From positions 64,001 to 128,000 of the forward strand of contig CAWEJX010000009.1 in the NCBI GenBank assembly GCA_963809485.1: 64,000 bases of DNA. The letters run 5' to 3'. The DNA comes from an uncultured Acidobacteriota bacterium (GTDB lineage: Bacteria > Acidobacteriota > UBA6911). Under the pieces are notes generated by a model, which worked only from the letters and a program-made list of their open reading frames with translations, did no database searches and had not been told where the DNA came from. A program made the position numbers and the translations under genes. Below are positions 50,273 to 59,915 of the stretch, one piece after another. Numbering within the stretch: the stretch's first letter is position 1; each line of letters opens with the position of its first letter.

Positions 50273-50458
50273 AGGGTTCTCCCGGCTAATGTTGGACGTG
50301 GTCTTTGTCTCATCAGAAGCACCCGGGATGCAAGCTTTTTATTGCCGTGGGGAGGGAAATCTGTGCGGCGCGCAGGCAGGGGATGGGATTCGGATCTTCG
50401 GGACTTGGAGGCATCAAAGCGTCTCTCCAAGTCCCAAAGGCCCTGTTCTTGCAGAAGA

Positions 50459-51841
50459 TTATTTTTTATAGACGCCGTATTCCTTTACGGCGGCCACCAT
50501 GGCACGCAGATTCTCGAGTTTAGGATTCTCCGCAACCGCGCCGGCGCATAGAAGGTATCCACCTCCCCGGCCGCAGGTTTCTATCAGTTTACGGCAGTAT
50601 TCCTTTGTGTCTTCCGGAGTGCCGGTAACGAGAAGCGAAGAGGGCACGTTGCCCTGAATGGCGCATTTGGCGCCCAGGATTTTCTTGGCCCTGGCCATAT
50701 CTGTCTTGTCGAAATACCAGACAACCTGGCCTTTCTCGAATTCGTTGACGGTTTCCAGCCGCGTATTGTAGCCGCCTTCGGCAAACATGCTCTGGATGAG
50801 GCCTTCCTTGATAAGGGCGTCCATGACCTTTTTCAGCGAAGGCCAGTAGAAGGTTTCGAACTGCTTCTGGGACATCCATCCGTCCGCCCCTTTATGCAAC
50901 GGGTAGGTCACCATGAAAATGTTCGCGGCATTGGGAGCACCCAGAAGCGAGCGGATTGTGAAGTCGGCCACCACATCCAGGGCCTCCAAAAGTTTTTCGG
51001 GCCGACGATACATATCCTTCAGGATCGGCTGCGTCCCGCGGAGGGTGTCACCAAGAGTATCGAAGGGCGCTTTGCAAAAGGCGCCGAAAGCAACCGGGAA
51101 TCCCTGTGCAGCCCCCGACGGGCCGGCAGCCATCATCGCCTTCATCATTTTCTGATATTCCTTGCCCACATCCATCAGCTTCTGCAGCAAGGCCTGCATT
51201 TCAGGGCTCGCCAGCGGCATGAACTGGCCCAGGTTGACGATTTCCACCATATCGGTGGCGGGCCGGAACATCCGGAGAGGCTCAAACGCTCCAAATACGC
51301 GGGGCAGATAAGTCCTGAACCAGAAATCGGACGGGTCCAGAATCAGCGCGTCATACTCCTCCGCCGTCATGTATTCGGCTTCCATGAACTGGACGATACC
51401 CGCATCCTCACCCAGTCTGTGCCCGGGCCAGGAATAGAGCTTATAGTCGAGCATATCGAGTATTTTGCCGGGGGTGATCCACGGGCTGGCGAAGTATTCC
51501 AGTTCCCCTGAGAAATCCTCATTGAACTTCCTGCACGCCTTCACGGCCAGATCGTAATCATACATGGCTGTGCGCAGGTTGATGCCGTAATGGGTATAAG
51601 GGAGATTGCCCACGGGAAGGGTGACGGGAACTCTGTCCGGTTCCCGGACATTGTAGTAGTCCACCAGCCTCTGGGCTCTGATCTTATAGTCATTTTTGGC
51701 CTTCTCACTGACGAAAGTCAGGTTGGGCGGATTGAGAAAATTATCCAGCCTGCGCTGACGCTTTTGCGCCGGGGTAAGCTGCGCCCAATCTGCAGGCAGA
51801 GCGCCCGTCTGATTCGCTATGCTGCCTAGAATTGTTGCCAT
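50459..51841 (-). CDS. uroporphyrinogen decarboxylase / cobalamin methyltransferase (UroD/MtaA-like) family protein
   Basis: EPDRVPV, APFDTLGDTLRG, DMYRRPE, FETFYWPSL, IQGNVP, GGGYLL and ENLRAM. Confidence 0.82.
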   Translation of the reverse strand: MATILGSIANQTGALPADWAQLTPAQKRQRRLDNFLNPPNLTFVSEKAKNDYKIRAQRLVDYYNVREPDRVPVTLPVGNLPYTHYGINLRTAMYDYDLAVKACRKFNEDFSGELEYFASPWITPGKILDMLDYKLYSWPGHRLGEDAGIVQFMEAEYMTAEEYDALILDPSDFWFRTYLPRVFGAFEPLRMFRPATDMVEIVNLGQFMPLASPEMQALLQKLMDVGKEYQKMMKAMMAAGPSGAAQGFPVAFGAFCKAPFDTLGDTLRGTQPILKDMYRRPEKLLEALDVVADFTIRSLLGAPNAANIFMVTYPLHKGADGWMSQKQFETFYWPSLKKVMDALIKEGLIQSMFAEGGYNTRLETVNEFEKGQVVWYFDKTDMARAKKILGAKCAIQGNVPSSLLVTGTPEDTKEYCRKLIETCGRGGGYLLCAGAVAENPKLENLRAMVAAVKEYGVYKK

Positions 51842-52100
51842 AACTTTTTGTCTCCTGTTTGATGTTTGCAACGATTAAGAAATGCCCGGGACGGCGAAGA
51901 GCTCCGCGGCCGATACAGAACCCCGCAGATCCATGATTGCCTGATGAGTCAACCCATTGCTATGCCCTAACCATGCTTTTCCGGCTTTCAAATCGGGGAC
52001 CATCATAGCTTGAGTCCAAAGCCCGGGCAACTGCTCATAATCCATCCACGAGTGCCGCTGCAAAAAAGCATCCCCAATTCGTGCGCAGGCAGGCCTCGCT

Positions 52101-53420
52101 TCACTGAATGCAATACAGATGTTTGAGCGTGCGCACGAACATCCGGCCCCCGGAAACCGCCGGCGAGGCCATGATCGCCTCCCCGACGGCGTTCTTCGCA
52201 AGGAGTTCATATTCCGGCCCGGCTTTGAGGACAAAGACATCTCCGTCTTCGCTCATCAAATAAAGCTTCCCTTCTATAGCTACCGGCGATGCGGAAAAAT
52301 TGGCGCCGACGTCGATTCTTCTTCGCCCGTAGACTTCCTTTCCCGTTTTCGCCTCGTAGCAGGCGATGAATCCCTGGTCGAGCAGAACAAAAATATAATC
52401 CCCATAGGCTGTCGGGGACGGGATGTAAGGCGCCGCTGCCATTTGCCTCCATGCAATGGCATCAGACCGCATCTCTCCCTCCTTGAGAGTGAGGTTTCCG
52501 CTAAAGCCCGGACGGAATGCGGTCACCGGGCGCACTTCTTCACGAATAAATCCCGAGGAGACAACGATCAATCCGTGCGTCGAAGTCGGCGTGGGCACCG
52601 TAATCGAGGTGGCGGGTCCACGACATTCCCAAAGGAGCTTGCCGGTCTCGGGCTCATAGCTCCGTATGGCGCGCGTTGCATTAACGATCAGTTCAGCTCG
52701 CGGCCCGTCAAGATAGAGGTACGGCGTGCTCCAGGACGAGAGTTCGTCGCGGTCCGTCTTCCATACGGTCTTCCCGTTTTTCTTATCCAGGGCGATGATG
52801 AACGACTGCCCGGTTTCCTGGTCGCAGGTTTGAATCACAAGGTTTTTGTAGAGCACCGGCGAACTTCCCAAACCCCATCCGTTGCGCATGTTGAAGACAC
52901 CGAGGTCCCGGCTCCAGATCAGTTTCCCGCTGAAGTCATAGCAGTACATCCCCTGATCCCCGAAGAAGGCGTAGACATAGGCTCCGTCCGTTACCGGAGT
53001 CTGGGATGCATAACTGTTTTTAGTATGGCGCGCGGCGGCGGGAAGCTTGCGCACTGCCGTCTGTTGCCAGAGCCGCTTGCCTGTGTCGCGGTCGTAGCAG
53101 AGGACCGCCCAGGCAATTTCAGCTTTGTCCGGCTTGCGCTCCCCGGAAAAAAAGCCCTTTTGCCAGTTATCCTCCTTGGGATCGCTGCTGACAGCGGTGG
53201 TCACGAATATCCGATTGCCATAGACAATGGGCGACGAGTGGCCCAGGCCCGGCACTTCGACTTTCCACCGGACGTTTTTCGACAAATCCCACTGAGCGGG
53301 AATTCCATTTTCAGCCGAAATTCCACGTCCCCCGGGGCCGCGCCATCCGGGCCAATCTTCCGCCTGGGCGGATGCCACAAATAGTGCAATCAACGACGCC
53401 ATAGCCAGTTTTCTCATCAC
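52101..53420 (-). CDS. secreted PQQ-binding-like beta-propeller protein
   Basis: Signal peptide, DWPGWRGP, PGLGHSSP, repeated G..W propeller motifs, and ASPA. Confidence 0.88.
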   Translation of the reverse strand: MMRKLAMASLIALFVASAQAEDWPGWRGPGGRGISAENGIPAQWDLSKNVRWKVEVPGLGHSSPIVYGNRIFVTTAVSSDPKEDNWQKGFFSGERKPDKAEIAWAVLCYDRDTGKRLWQQTAVRKLPAAARHTKNSYASQTPVTDGAYVYAFFGDQGMYCYDFSGKLIWSRDLGVFNMRNGWGLGSSPVLYKNLVIQTCDQETGQSFIIALDKKNGKTVWKTDRDELSSWSTPYLYLDGPRAELIVNATRAIRSYEPETGKLLWECRGPATSITVPTPTSTHGLIVVSSGFIREEVRPVTAFRPGFSGNLTLKEGEMRSDAIAWRQMAAAPYIPSPTAYGDYIFVLLDQGFIACYEAKTGKEVYGRRRIDVGANFSASPVAIEGKLYLMSEDGDVFVLKAGPEYELLAKNAVGEAIMASPAVSGGRMFVRTLKHLYCIQ

Positions 53421-53588
53421 CGCAACCTCCTGCTCTTATTTGCATCCTAGCATAGGGTGATCTCCCGGTTTTTCCAAGCATTTCCGATAATCGGCCGGAG
53501 AAGGCCCTCCGGCTTTTTTTGCGGCAAAATGCCGATTTGTCTTTCGGGAATTCCAATGTATGCTGATGGTTTGCAGGGAGGAGTCCCA

Positions 53589-53951
53589 ATGAGATTTTGT
53601 GTTATGGCAGTTGCACTGTGTTTGCTTATGGCCGGGTTGTCTTTGGGCGCCGATGTCGACGGCAAATGGACCGGCACGGTTCAGACCCCCGGTGGAGAGA
53701 TGCCCGTAACCTTCATGTTCAAAGCCGAAGGAGGCACCCTGACCGGCGCCATGTTGAGCCAGGAGAACAAACAAATCCCGATCAAGGACGGGAAAATAGA
53801 CGGCAGCAATATATCCTTTGCGGTCTCCATCGAAATGGGCGGGGATTCCATGCAGCTGTCGTATAAAGGCGTTGTTTCCGCCGGCCAGATCAAGCTGACA
53901 GGCGAGGCCATGGGCCAGCCTTTTGAATTGGTCGTCAAGAAAGCCCCGTAA
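53589..53951 (+). CDS. small secreted beta-barrel protein
   Basis: Signal peptide then ADVDGKW.G...F.FK.EG..LTG; GGAGGAG RBS. Confidence 0.75.
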   Translation: MRFCVMAVALCLLMAGLSLGADVDGKWTGTVQTPGGEMPVTFMFKAEGGTLTGAMLSQENKQIPIKDGKIDGSNISFAVSIEMGGDSMQLSYKGVVSAGQIKLTGEAMGQPFELVVKKAP

Positions 53952-54112
53952 CGCTGCCCGTCCCTTGAAGCGTAGCCGCACAAACCTCCGGGAACTCCGC
54001 GTCCCCGGGGGACCCGACTTTGAGTTGGGGTGCGAAGCGCCGCACTATCGGTGGCGTCTTTGGCGTTGCTGAGATGGGATTCGGAAGCTGCCGGAACCTC
54101 CGCCTTTTGAAT

Positions 54113-55930
54113 ATGACCACGAGCAGGCAACACAATTACGACGAAGACAAGATCAAATCCCTGTCCTCCCTGGAACATATCCGCAAACGGACCGGGATGT
54201 ACATCGGCCGTGTAGGAGACGGAGCCGACTACGACGATGGAATCTACATCCTGCTGAAGGAGATCGTGGACAACGCCGTCGACGAATACATCATGGGCTA
54301 CGGGGACCGCATATGCATCTCACTGGAAGGGTCCCGGGTTACGGTGCGCGATTATGGCCGAGGCATTCCGCTGGGCAAGGTCGTCGAATGCGTCTCGCGC
54401 ATCAATACGGGCGCCAAATACAGTGACGAGGTTTTTCAGTTCAGCGTCGGATTGAACGGCATCGGCACCAAGGCCGTCAACGCGCTGTCGCGGACATTTA
54501 CCGTGCGCAGCCACCGGGGCGGCGAGTTCGCGGGAGCTGTTTTCGAAAGAGGGAAGCTGCTCGAGCAACCCAGGGGAAAGATGCTCGACGAACCCGACGG
54601 CACCCTGGTCACTTTTGAGCCGGATCCTGAAATCTTCGGCAATGCGGCATTCGCGGCCGATCACGTCGAGCGCCGTCTGCGGCTCTATGCGTTCCTCAAC
54701 GCAGGATTGCGCATCGAGCATAACAACCAGGTTTTTTTCTCCCGAAACGGTTTGCTGGACCTGCTGCGCGACGAGGTGGCCGATGAAGCCCTCTACCCGC
54801 CGCTTTATTACCGGTCCAAAACCCTGGAAATCGCGATGACTCACACGCAGCGTTTCGAAGAGACTTTCCTGTCTTTTGTCAACGGCCAGTTCACCGCTGA
54901 CGGGGGCACGCATCTGAGCGCATTCCGCGAAGGCCTGGTCAAGGGATTCAACGAATTTTCCAGGAATAAATTGGACGGGGACGACATACGCGAAGGAATG
55001 GCGGGAGCCATCGCGGTCCGCCTGAAGGAGCCCGTATTTGAATCCCAGACAAAAAACAAGCTCGGCAACACCGAACTGCGCGGCGAACTGGTTTCACAGG
55101 TGCGGGAAATCGTCGCCGACCTGTTGCACCGGAATCCCAAAGCCGCGGAGACCGCCCTCGCCAAGATCGAGGAAACCGTCAAGCTGCGCAAGGAACTGCA
55201 GTCCATAAAAAAAATGGCTCGCGAACGCGCCAAAGCCACATCGATCCGGGTCCCGCAACTCAAGGACTGCAAGGTCCACTATCACAAGCGCTCCGGGCGC
55301 GGCGCCGACTCGATGATTTTCATCACGGAAGGACAGTCGGCCGCCGGTTCCATCGTCAGCTGCCGCGACGTCAACTACCAGGCGATTTTTACTATGCGCG
55401 GCAAGCCGCTGAACGTGTGTGATCTGCAGCGCGATGTAATGTACAAGAATGAGGAATTGTACAACCTGATGCGCAGCCTGGACATCGAGGAATCGTCCGA
55501 ACACCTGCGCTACAACAAAATAATTCTGGCTACCGACGCCGACGTCGACGGTCTCCATATCCGCAACCTGCTTCTAACTTTCTTCCTGCGGTTTTTCGAG
55601 CCCGTTGTTGCGGAAGGCCATGTTCATATACTGGAAACCCCGCTCTTCCGGGTGCGCAATTCAAAAAAAACCGAGTACTGCTATTCGGAAAGCGAGCGCG
55701 ATGCGGCCGTCAAGGAGCTGCGCGGGTCGGAAGTGACGCGCTTCAAGGGTCTCGGTGAAATTTCGCCCGCGGAATTCAGCCGTTTCATCAGCCGGGAAAT
55801 GCGTCTGACGCCCGTGAAGCTGGCAAACCGCCACAGTGTCCCCGCGATTCTGGGCTTCTATATGGGACGCAACACTCCGGAACGCCGGCAGTACATCATG
55901 AATCATCTTGTTGTCGAGGCGGCGCCATGA
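54113..55930 (+). CDS. parE: DNA topoisomerase IV subunit B (short type)
   Basis: LEHIRKRTGMYIG, EIVDNAVDE, DYGRGIP, TEGQSA, RGKPLN, DADVDG and RFKGLGE. Confidence 0.9.
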   Translation: MTTSRQHNYDEDKIKSLSSLEHIRKRTGMYIGRVGDGADYDDGIYILLKEIVDNAVDEYIMGYGDRICISLEGSRVTVRDYGRGIPLGKVVECVSRINTGAKYSDEVFQFSVGLNGIGTKAVNALSRTFTVRSHRGGEFAGAVFERGKLLEQPRGKMLDEPDGTLVTFEPDPEIFGNAAFAADHVERRLRLYAFLNAGLRIEHNNQVFFSRNGLLDLLRDEVADEALYPPLYYRSKTLEIAMTHTQRFEETFLSFVNGQFTADGGTHLSAFREGLVKGFNEFSRNKLDGDDIREGMAGAIAVRLKEPVFESQTKNKLGNTELRGELVSQVREIVADLLHRNPKAAETALAKIEETVKLRKELQSIKKMARERAKATSIRVPQLKDCKVHYHKRSGRGADSMIFITEGQSAAGSIVSCRDVNYQAIFTMRGKPLNVCDLQRDVMYKNEELYNLMRSLDIEESSEHLRYNKIILATDADVDGLHIRNLLLTFFLRFFEPVVAEGHVHILETPLFRVRNSKKTEYCYSESERDAAVKELRGSEVTRFKGLGEISPAEFSRFISREMRLTPVKLANRHSVPAILGFYMGRNTPERRQYIMNHLVVEAAP

Positions 55931-57984
55931 CCGACGGGCAGAAAGAATTGCCGCTTTTCGGCGGCCTGCAACCCGAGGGCGAAGCGGAAATTCCCGCTCC
56001 GGCGAAGGGCAGCCCCGGCAGCGGGCTTCAGGCTACAGGCGAAGGGCCGCTGAAGCAGCTGATGGATCAGAATTTCCTTCAGTATGCGGCCTACGTCATT
56101 CGCGATCGTGCCATCCCGGACCTGGAGGACGGACTGAAACCCGTTCAGCGCAGGATCCTGTTTTCACTTCATGAGAACGACGACGGCAAGTTCATCAAGG
56201 TGGCCAACATCGTCGGGTACTGCATGCAGTTCCATCCCCACGGCGACGCCTCGATCGGGGAAGCGCTGGTCACGCTGGCGAACCGGCAGTTTCTAATTGA
56301 GCGCCAGGGCAACTTCGGCAATATGCTCACGGGCGATCCGCCTGCCGCCGCACGCTACATTGAATGCCGGCTGACCGAACTGGCCCGGACAGAGCTTTTC
56401 AACGACGATCTGACGGAATTCGTCCCGACCTATGACGGAAGGAAAGAGGAGCCGGCCGTTCTGCCGGCCAAAATCCCGCTGCTTCTGATGCTCGGCGCGG
56501 AAGGTATCGCGGTCGGCATCTCCACGCGCATCCTCCCGCACAATTTTGCCGAATTGCTGGAGGCGCAGATCGCCATACTAGGCAAAAAGCCCTTCAAGCT
56601 GAATCCCGATTTTCCGCACGGCGGACTGATGGATGCAAGGTCATACGAAGACGGCAACGGACACGTGCTCGTGAGGGCGCTCATCGAGAAGAGGGATGCG
56701 CGCACCCTGGTCATACGCGAACTGCCGGCCGGCTCGACGACCGATTCGCTGACCGCCTCGATCGAGGAAGCGGCCCGCAGAGGCAAGATCAAAATCAAAA
56801 GCATCGACGATTTCACGGCCGAAAAGGCGGAGATTGAAATCCAGCTGCCGCCGGAGCAAGACCTGGACCGCGCAATAGAAGCGCTCTACGCTTTTACCCA
56901 ATGCCAGGTGCAGATCGCAAGCCGCATCATCGTCATCCGGGACAATAAGCCGGTTGAAATGGATGGTCCTTCCGTCCTGCGGCACAACACGAAGCGCCTG
57001 GTGGAGATACTCCGCCGTGAACTGCAGTACAGGCGCCGCCGGCTATTGGAGGAAATTCACCACAAAACGTTGGTTCGGCTGTTTGTGGAGCACCGCATAT
57101 ACAAGCGGATCGAAAGCTGCACGACAGCGCCGGCAGTTCAGGAAGCGGTGATGGAGGGCCTATTGCCCTTCCGTAGCGAGCTCGAGAGGGAGATCACCCA
57201 CGACGATGTGGAGGAGCTTTTGGGCATCCCCGTCCGCCGCATCTCACTTCTGGACCTGGATAGGAATCGCAGGGACATCGAGCGGCTACGTGTAGAGCTC
57301 GTGGAAGTCGAACAGAATCTCTCCGAAATCGTGCCTTATACAATCCGCTACCTGCGGGGGATCCTGCGAAAATACGGGGCGGAATTCCCCCGGCGCACCC
57401 GAGTCGCCACATTCGGGGAGATTTCGGAGCGCGAACTGACCGCTACGGAACTTTCGATCCATCAGGACCGGGAAAAAGGCTATATCGGATACAGGATCGG
57501 CGGAGATCCGTTGATCTCGTGCTCACCTCTGGACAGGCTTCTGCTCGTCTGGAAAGACGGCCGGTGCAAAGTCGTCCCGCCGCCCGAAAAACTCTTTGTG
57601 GATACCACGCTTCTGTATTGTCAAATCCTTGACCGGGAGCGTGTTCTGATGGCCGTATATGAGCTGGATTTTTTTACTTATTACAAGAAGTTTACTCTTG
57701 GAGGCCTCATCACTAATAGAGAATCAAGGATTGCTCCCAGGGGTGCTCATCTGCGCTTTTTCGCGGACGACAATCCGTCCGAACTCTATGTGCGTTACGC
57801 GGCCGATGCGCGCATAAAGATCCGGCAGCAGAAATTTGCAGTGGAAAGACAGCCGGTTCGCGGGCGCGACGCAAAGGGTCTGGTGATGACGGCAAACACC
57901 ATTGAGTACATAGGCTCAAAAAAGGCTGCCGACTGGAATGACGCCTTGACCGGCCCGCCGGGCAAATTCATTGACTCTCCCTGA
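55927..57984 (+). CDS. parC: DNA topoisomerase IV subunit A (short type)
   Basis: DRAIP...DGLKPVQRR, HPHGD, QGNFG, AAARY (catalytic Tyr) and GIAVG. ATGA overlap with parE. Confidence 0.9.
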   Translation: MTDGQKELPLFGGLQPEGEAEIPAPAKGSPGSGLQATGEGPLKQLMDQNFLQYAAYVIRDRAIPDLEDGLKPVQRRILFSLHENDDGKFIKVANIVGYCMQFHPHGDASIGEALVTLANRQFLIERQGNFGNMLTGDPPAAARYIECRLTELARTELFNDDLTEFVPTYDGRKEEPAVLPAKIPLLLMLGAEGIAVGISTRILPHNFAELLEAQIAILGKKPFKLNPDFPHGGLMDARSYEDGNGHVLVRALIEKRDARTLVIRELPAGSTTDSLTASIEEAARRGKIKIKSIDDFTAEKAEIEIQLPPEQDLDRAIEALYAFTQCQVQIASRIIVIRDNKPVEMDGPSVLRHNTKRLVEILRRELQYRRRRLLEEIHHKTLVRLFVEHRIYKRIESCTTAPAVQEAVMEGLLPFRSELEREITHDDVEELLGIPVRRISLLDLDRNRRDIERLRVELVEVEQNLSEIVPYTIRYLRGILRKYGAEFPRRTRVATFGEISERELTATELSIHQDREKGYIGYRIGGDPLISCSPLDRLLLVWKDGRCKVVPPPEKLFVDTTLLYCQILDRERVLMAVYELDFFTYYKKFTLGGLITNRESRIAPRGAHLRFFADDNPSELYVRYAADARIKIRQQKFAVERQPVRGRDAKGLVMTANTIEYIGSKKAADWNDALTGPPGKFIDSP

Positions 57985-58255
57985 TCCGGATCTCACAAAC
58001 GAATGCCCGGAATCCGGAATAGGGAAGCCGGGCAAATGGAATCCGAAGTCCTCAAAGGTTTTTGCCGAACCGGCGCATTCCCGGTTTTCGCATCATGTCG
58101 GAGGTCGCCCTTTGCAGCTTTTGAACCTTCAATCTGTAACCCTCAACGAGTGACGAATCCCCGCTCATATCGCCGCAGCAGGAAGGCCTTGAAAAAACAA
58201 TTTGGAGTCAAGATTTGACGAAATAAAAAGCCTTCGGGCGAAACAATACGGATGG

Positions 58256-58658
58256 AGCCAGGCACCTCTGGCAAAGCTGGAAGCTTGAAAGATTTGAACC
58301 GCTCAAAGCGGTTGGAGAAGTTACGCCGGTCTTGAACGCTGACTTACGCGGGCAAAAGCCGATGAGGCGCTTCCGATCCCCGCAGGGGCCAGCGCTCTGC
58401 GCTGGACAGTTTTCTGCGGCGGCACTTTGGCAAGCGCCGTGCGGCAAGGAGATGAAGGGTATGAGAAACCGGGCGTTTGCCACAGTGCCGCCGCAGAAAA
58501 CTCCATCGGAAGCGCCTCATCGGCTTTTGCTCGCCGACCCTCGCCGAACAAATCGGCGTTTGTCAGCGCTTTTATCAGCGTTTCTCAGCGTTTCAAAATA
58601 TGGAGCTGTCAAACTCTTTGAGTCCCCCGGCAGAGCCGGGGGTTTACCAATGGAATTA
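58256..58658 (+). mobile_element. non-autonomous IS200/IS605-like palindromic element, copy 4
   Basis: Near-identical to copy 1, with a slightly degenerate left hairpin. Confidence 0.7.
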
Positions 58659-58683
58659 CATCTATCCCCGAAGGAGGAATCCC

Positions 58684-59247
58684 ATGTCCGTCATGGCGCT
58701 GAAGGCCGCTGACTATCGACCCAGGTACAGACGCTATCCTTCGCCTGCAGAATTAAGACGTTTTGAAATGCTCGATGGAGTCCTATGCATGATTCCGGTC
58801 CCGGACACAAGACACCAGGCGGTTGCGCTGAGAATGGCTTCCGCCTTGTTTGAACGTATTGAAGCCGGAAACCTGGGACTGGTGTTGCAGGCGCCTTACA
58901 GCGTCATGCTATCCGGCAATACCGTTGTTCAGCCGGACATTCTATATGTGCGGAAAGAGCGCCGAGGCATGGTCGGCAGGATGAATTTGCATGGCGCGCC
59001 TGATCTCGTCATAGAGGTACTATCCGAAGGAACACGGCTAAGAGACCTTACCCTGAAGCGAAAAATATATGCCCGCTTCGAGATACCGGAATACTGGATT
59101 GTGGATCCCGAAGCGGAAAACGTTGAGGTGCTGATCTGGAGCGAGTGGGGATACGCCACTGCCGGTGTCCCGGGAAAATCCGGCCGGCTGTCCTCGCCCA
59201 TGCTTCCCCTTGGCATTCCTCTTTCCGGAATATTCAAAACAGGGTGA
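58684..59247 (+). CDS. Uma2 family (PD-(D/E)XK) endonuclease-like protein
   Basis: FEMLDG, P...HQ, VQPDI, GAPDLVIEVLS and K..IY....IPEYWIVDP; AAGGAGG RBS. Confidence 0.9.
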   Translation: MSVMALKAADYRPRYRRYPSPAELRRFEMLDGVLCMIPVPDTRHQAVALRMASALFERIEAGNLGLVLQAPYSVMLSGNTVVQPDILYVRKERRGMVGRMNLHGAPDLVIEVLSEGTRLRDLTLKRKIYARFEIPEYWIVDPEAENVEVLIWSEWGYATAGVPGKSGRLSSPMLPLGIPLSGIFKTG

Positions 59248-59293
59248 AGTCTGCCCAGGACTGCATCCGTCAAAACTTCAGCCAGCCCCCAAC

Positions 59294-59536
59294 AGTCAGG
59301 TGCCTCCGGCAAAGCCGGAGGCTTGAAAGATTTGAACCGCTCAAAGCGGTTGGACTAGTTACGCCGGTCTTGAACGCTGACTTACGCGGGCAAAAGCCGA
59401 TGAGGCGCTTCCCGATCCCCGCCGAACAAATCGGCGTTTGTCAGCGTTTTTATCAGCGTTTATCAGCGTTTCAAAATACGGAGCTGTCAAACTCTTTGAG
59501 TCTCCCGGCAGAGCCGGGGGTTTACCAATGTAATTA
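59294..59536 (+). mobile_element. non-autonomous IS200/IS605-like element, copy 5, internally deleted
   Basis: Both ends intact; the nested hairpin core is lost at the junction CCGATCCCC|GCCGAACAAA. Confidence 0.7.
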
Positions 59537-59849
59537 CATACTTTGTATACGGTCGAAGTTGGTCAAAGCCTTTTCCGGCACATCCTGGCGTTCCTCGTTC
59601 CCACTCTGCAGGTTCCCCAATAAGGCGGTGAGGATTATGGCCGCCTTTATGCCCCTTGGGAAAATGCGCGATTTCCGTTAAAATACAGTCAGCTTTTGTG
59701 GCAATGAAAGCGTGCAGGGCTTACCCGCCTGCGGTATGATCGAACCAGACTATGGATTCCGGGTATCTTCCCTCAAAAGCGGATCCTGTCCGCAATTCTT
59801 CGGCCCGGAACCATTCACCAGGAGGAGGGAAAAGCGCTTAGTTTGGTGT

Positions 59850-59865
59850 AGTGACAGACGTCACA
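59850..59865. promoter_or_regulatory. possible CRP/FNR-family box
   Basis: AGTGA-CAGACG-TCACA, one mismatch from TGTGA-N6-TCACA, 50 bp upstream of the next gene. Confidence 0.35.
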
Positions 59866-59915
59866 GGTTTCGAGGCCATGGTGACCCGATACTGTAGCCT
59901 CGAGAGGAATGTTCC

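Noticed and set aside
52119-53384. 421-aa plus-strand ORF
   Set aside because: Antisense shadow of the beta-propeller gene.
53493-53520. Terminator-like hairpin with T-tract in a divergent intergenic region
   Set aside because: No upstream plus-strand gene or leader aptamer was identified, so its significance cannot be supported.
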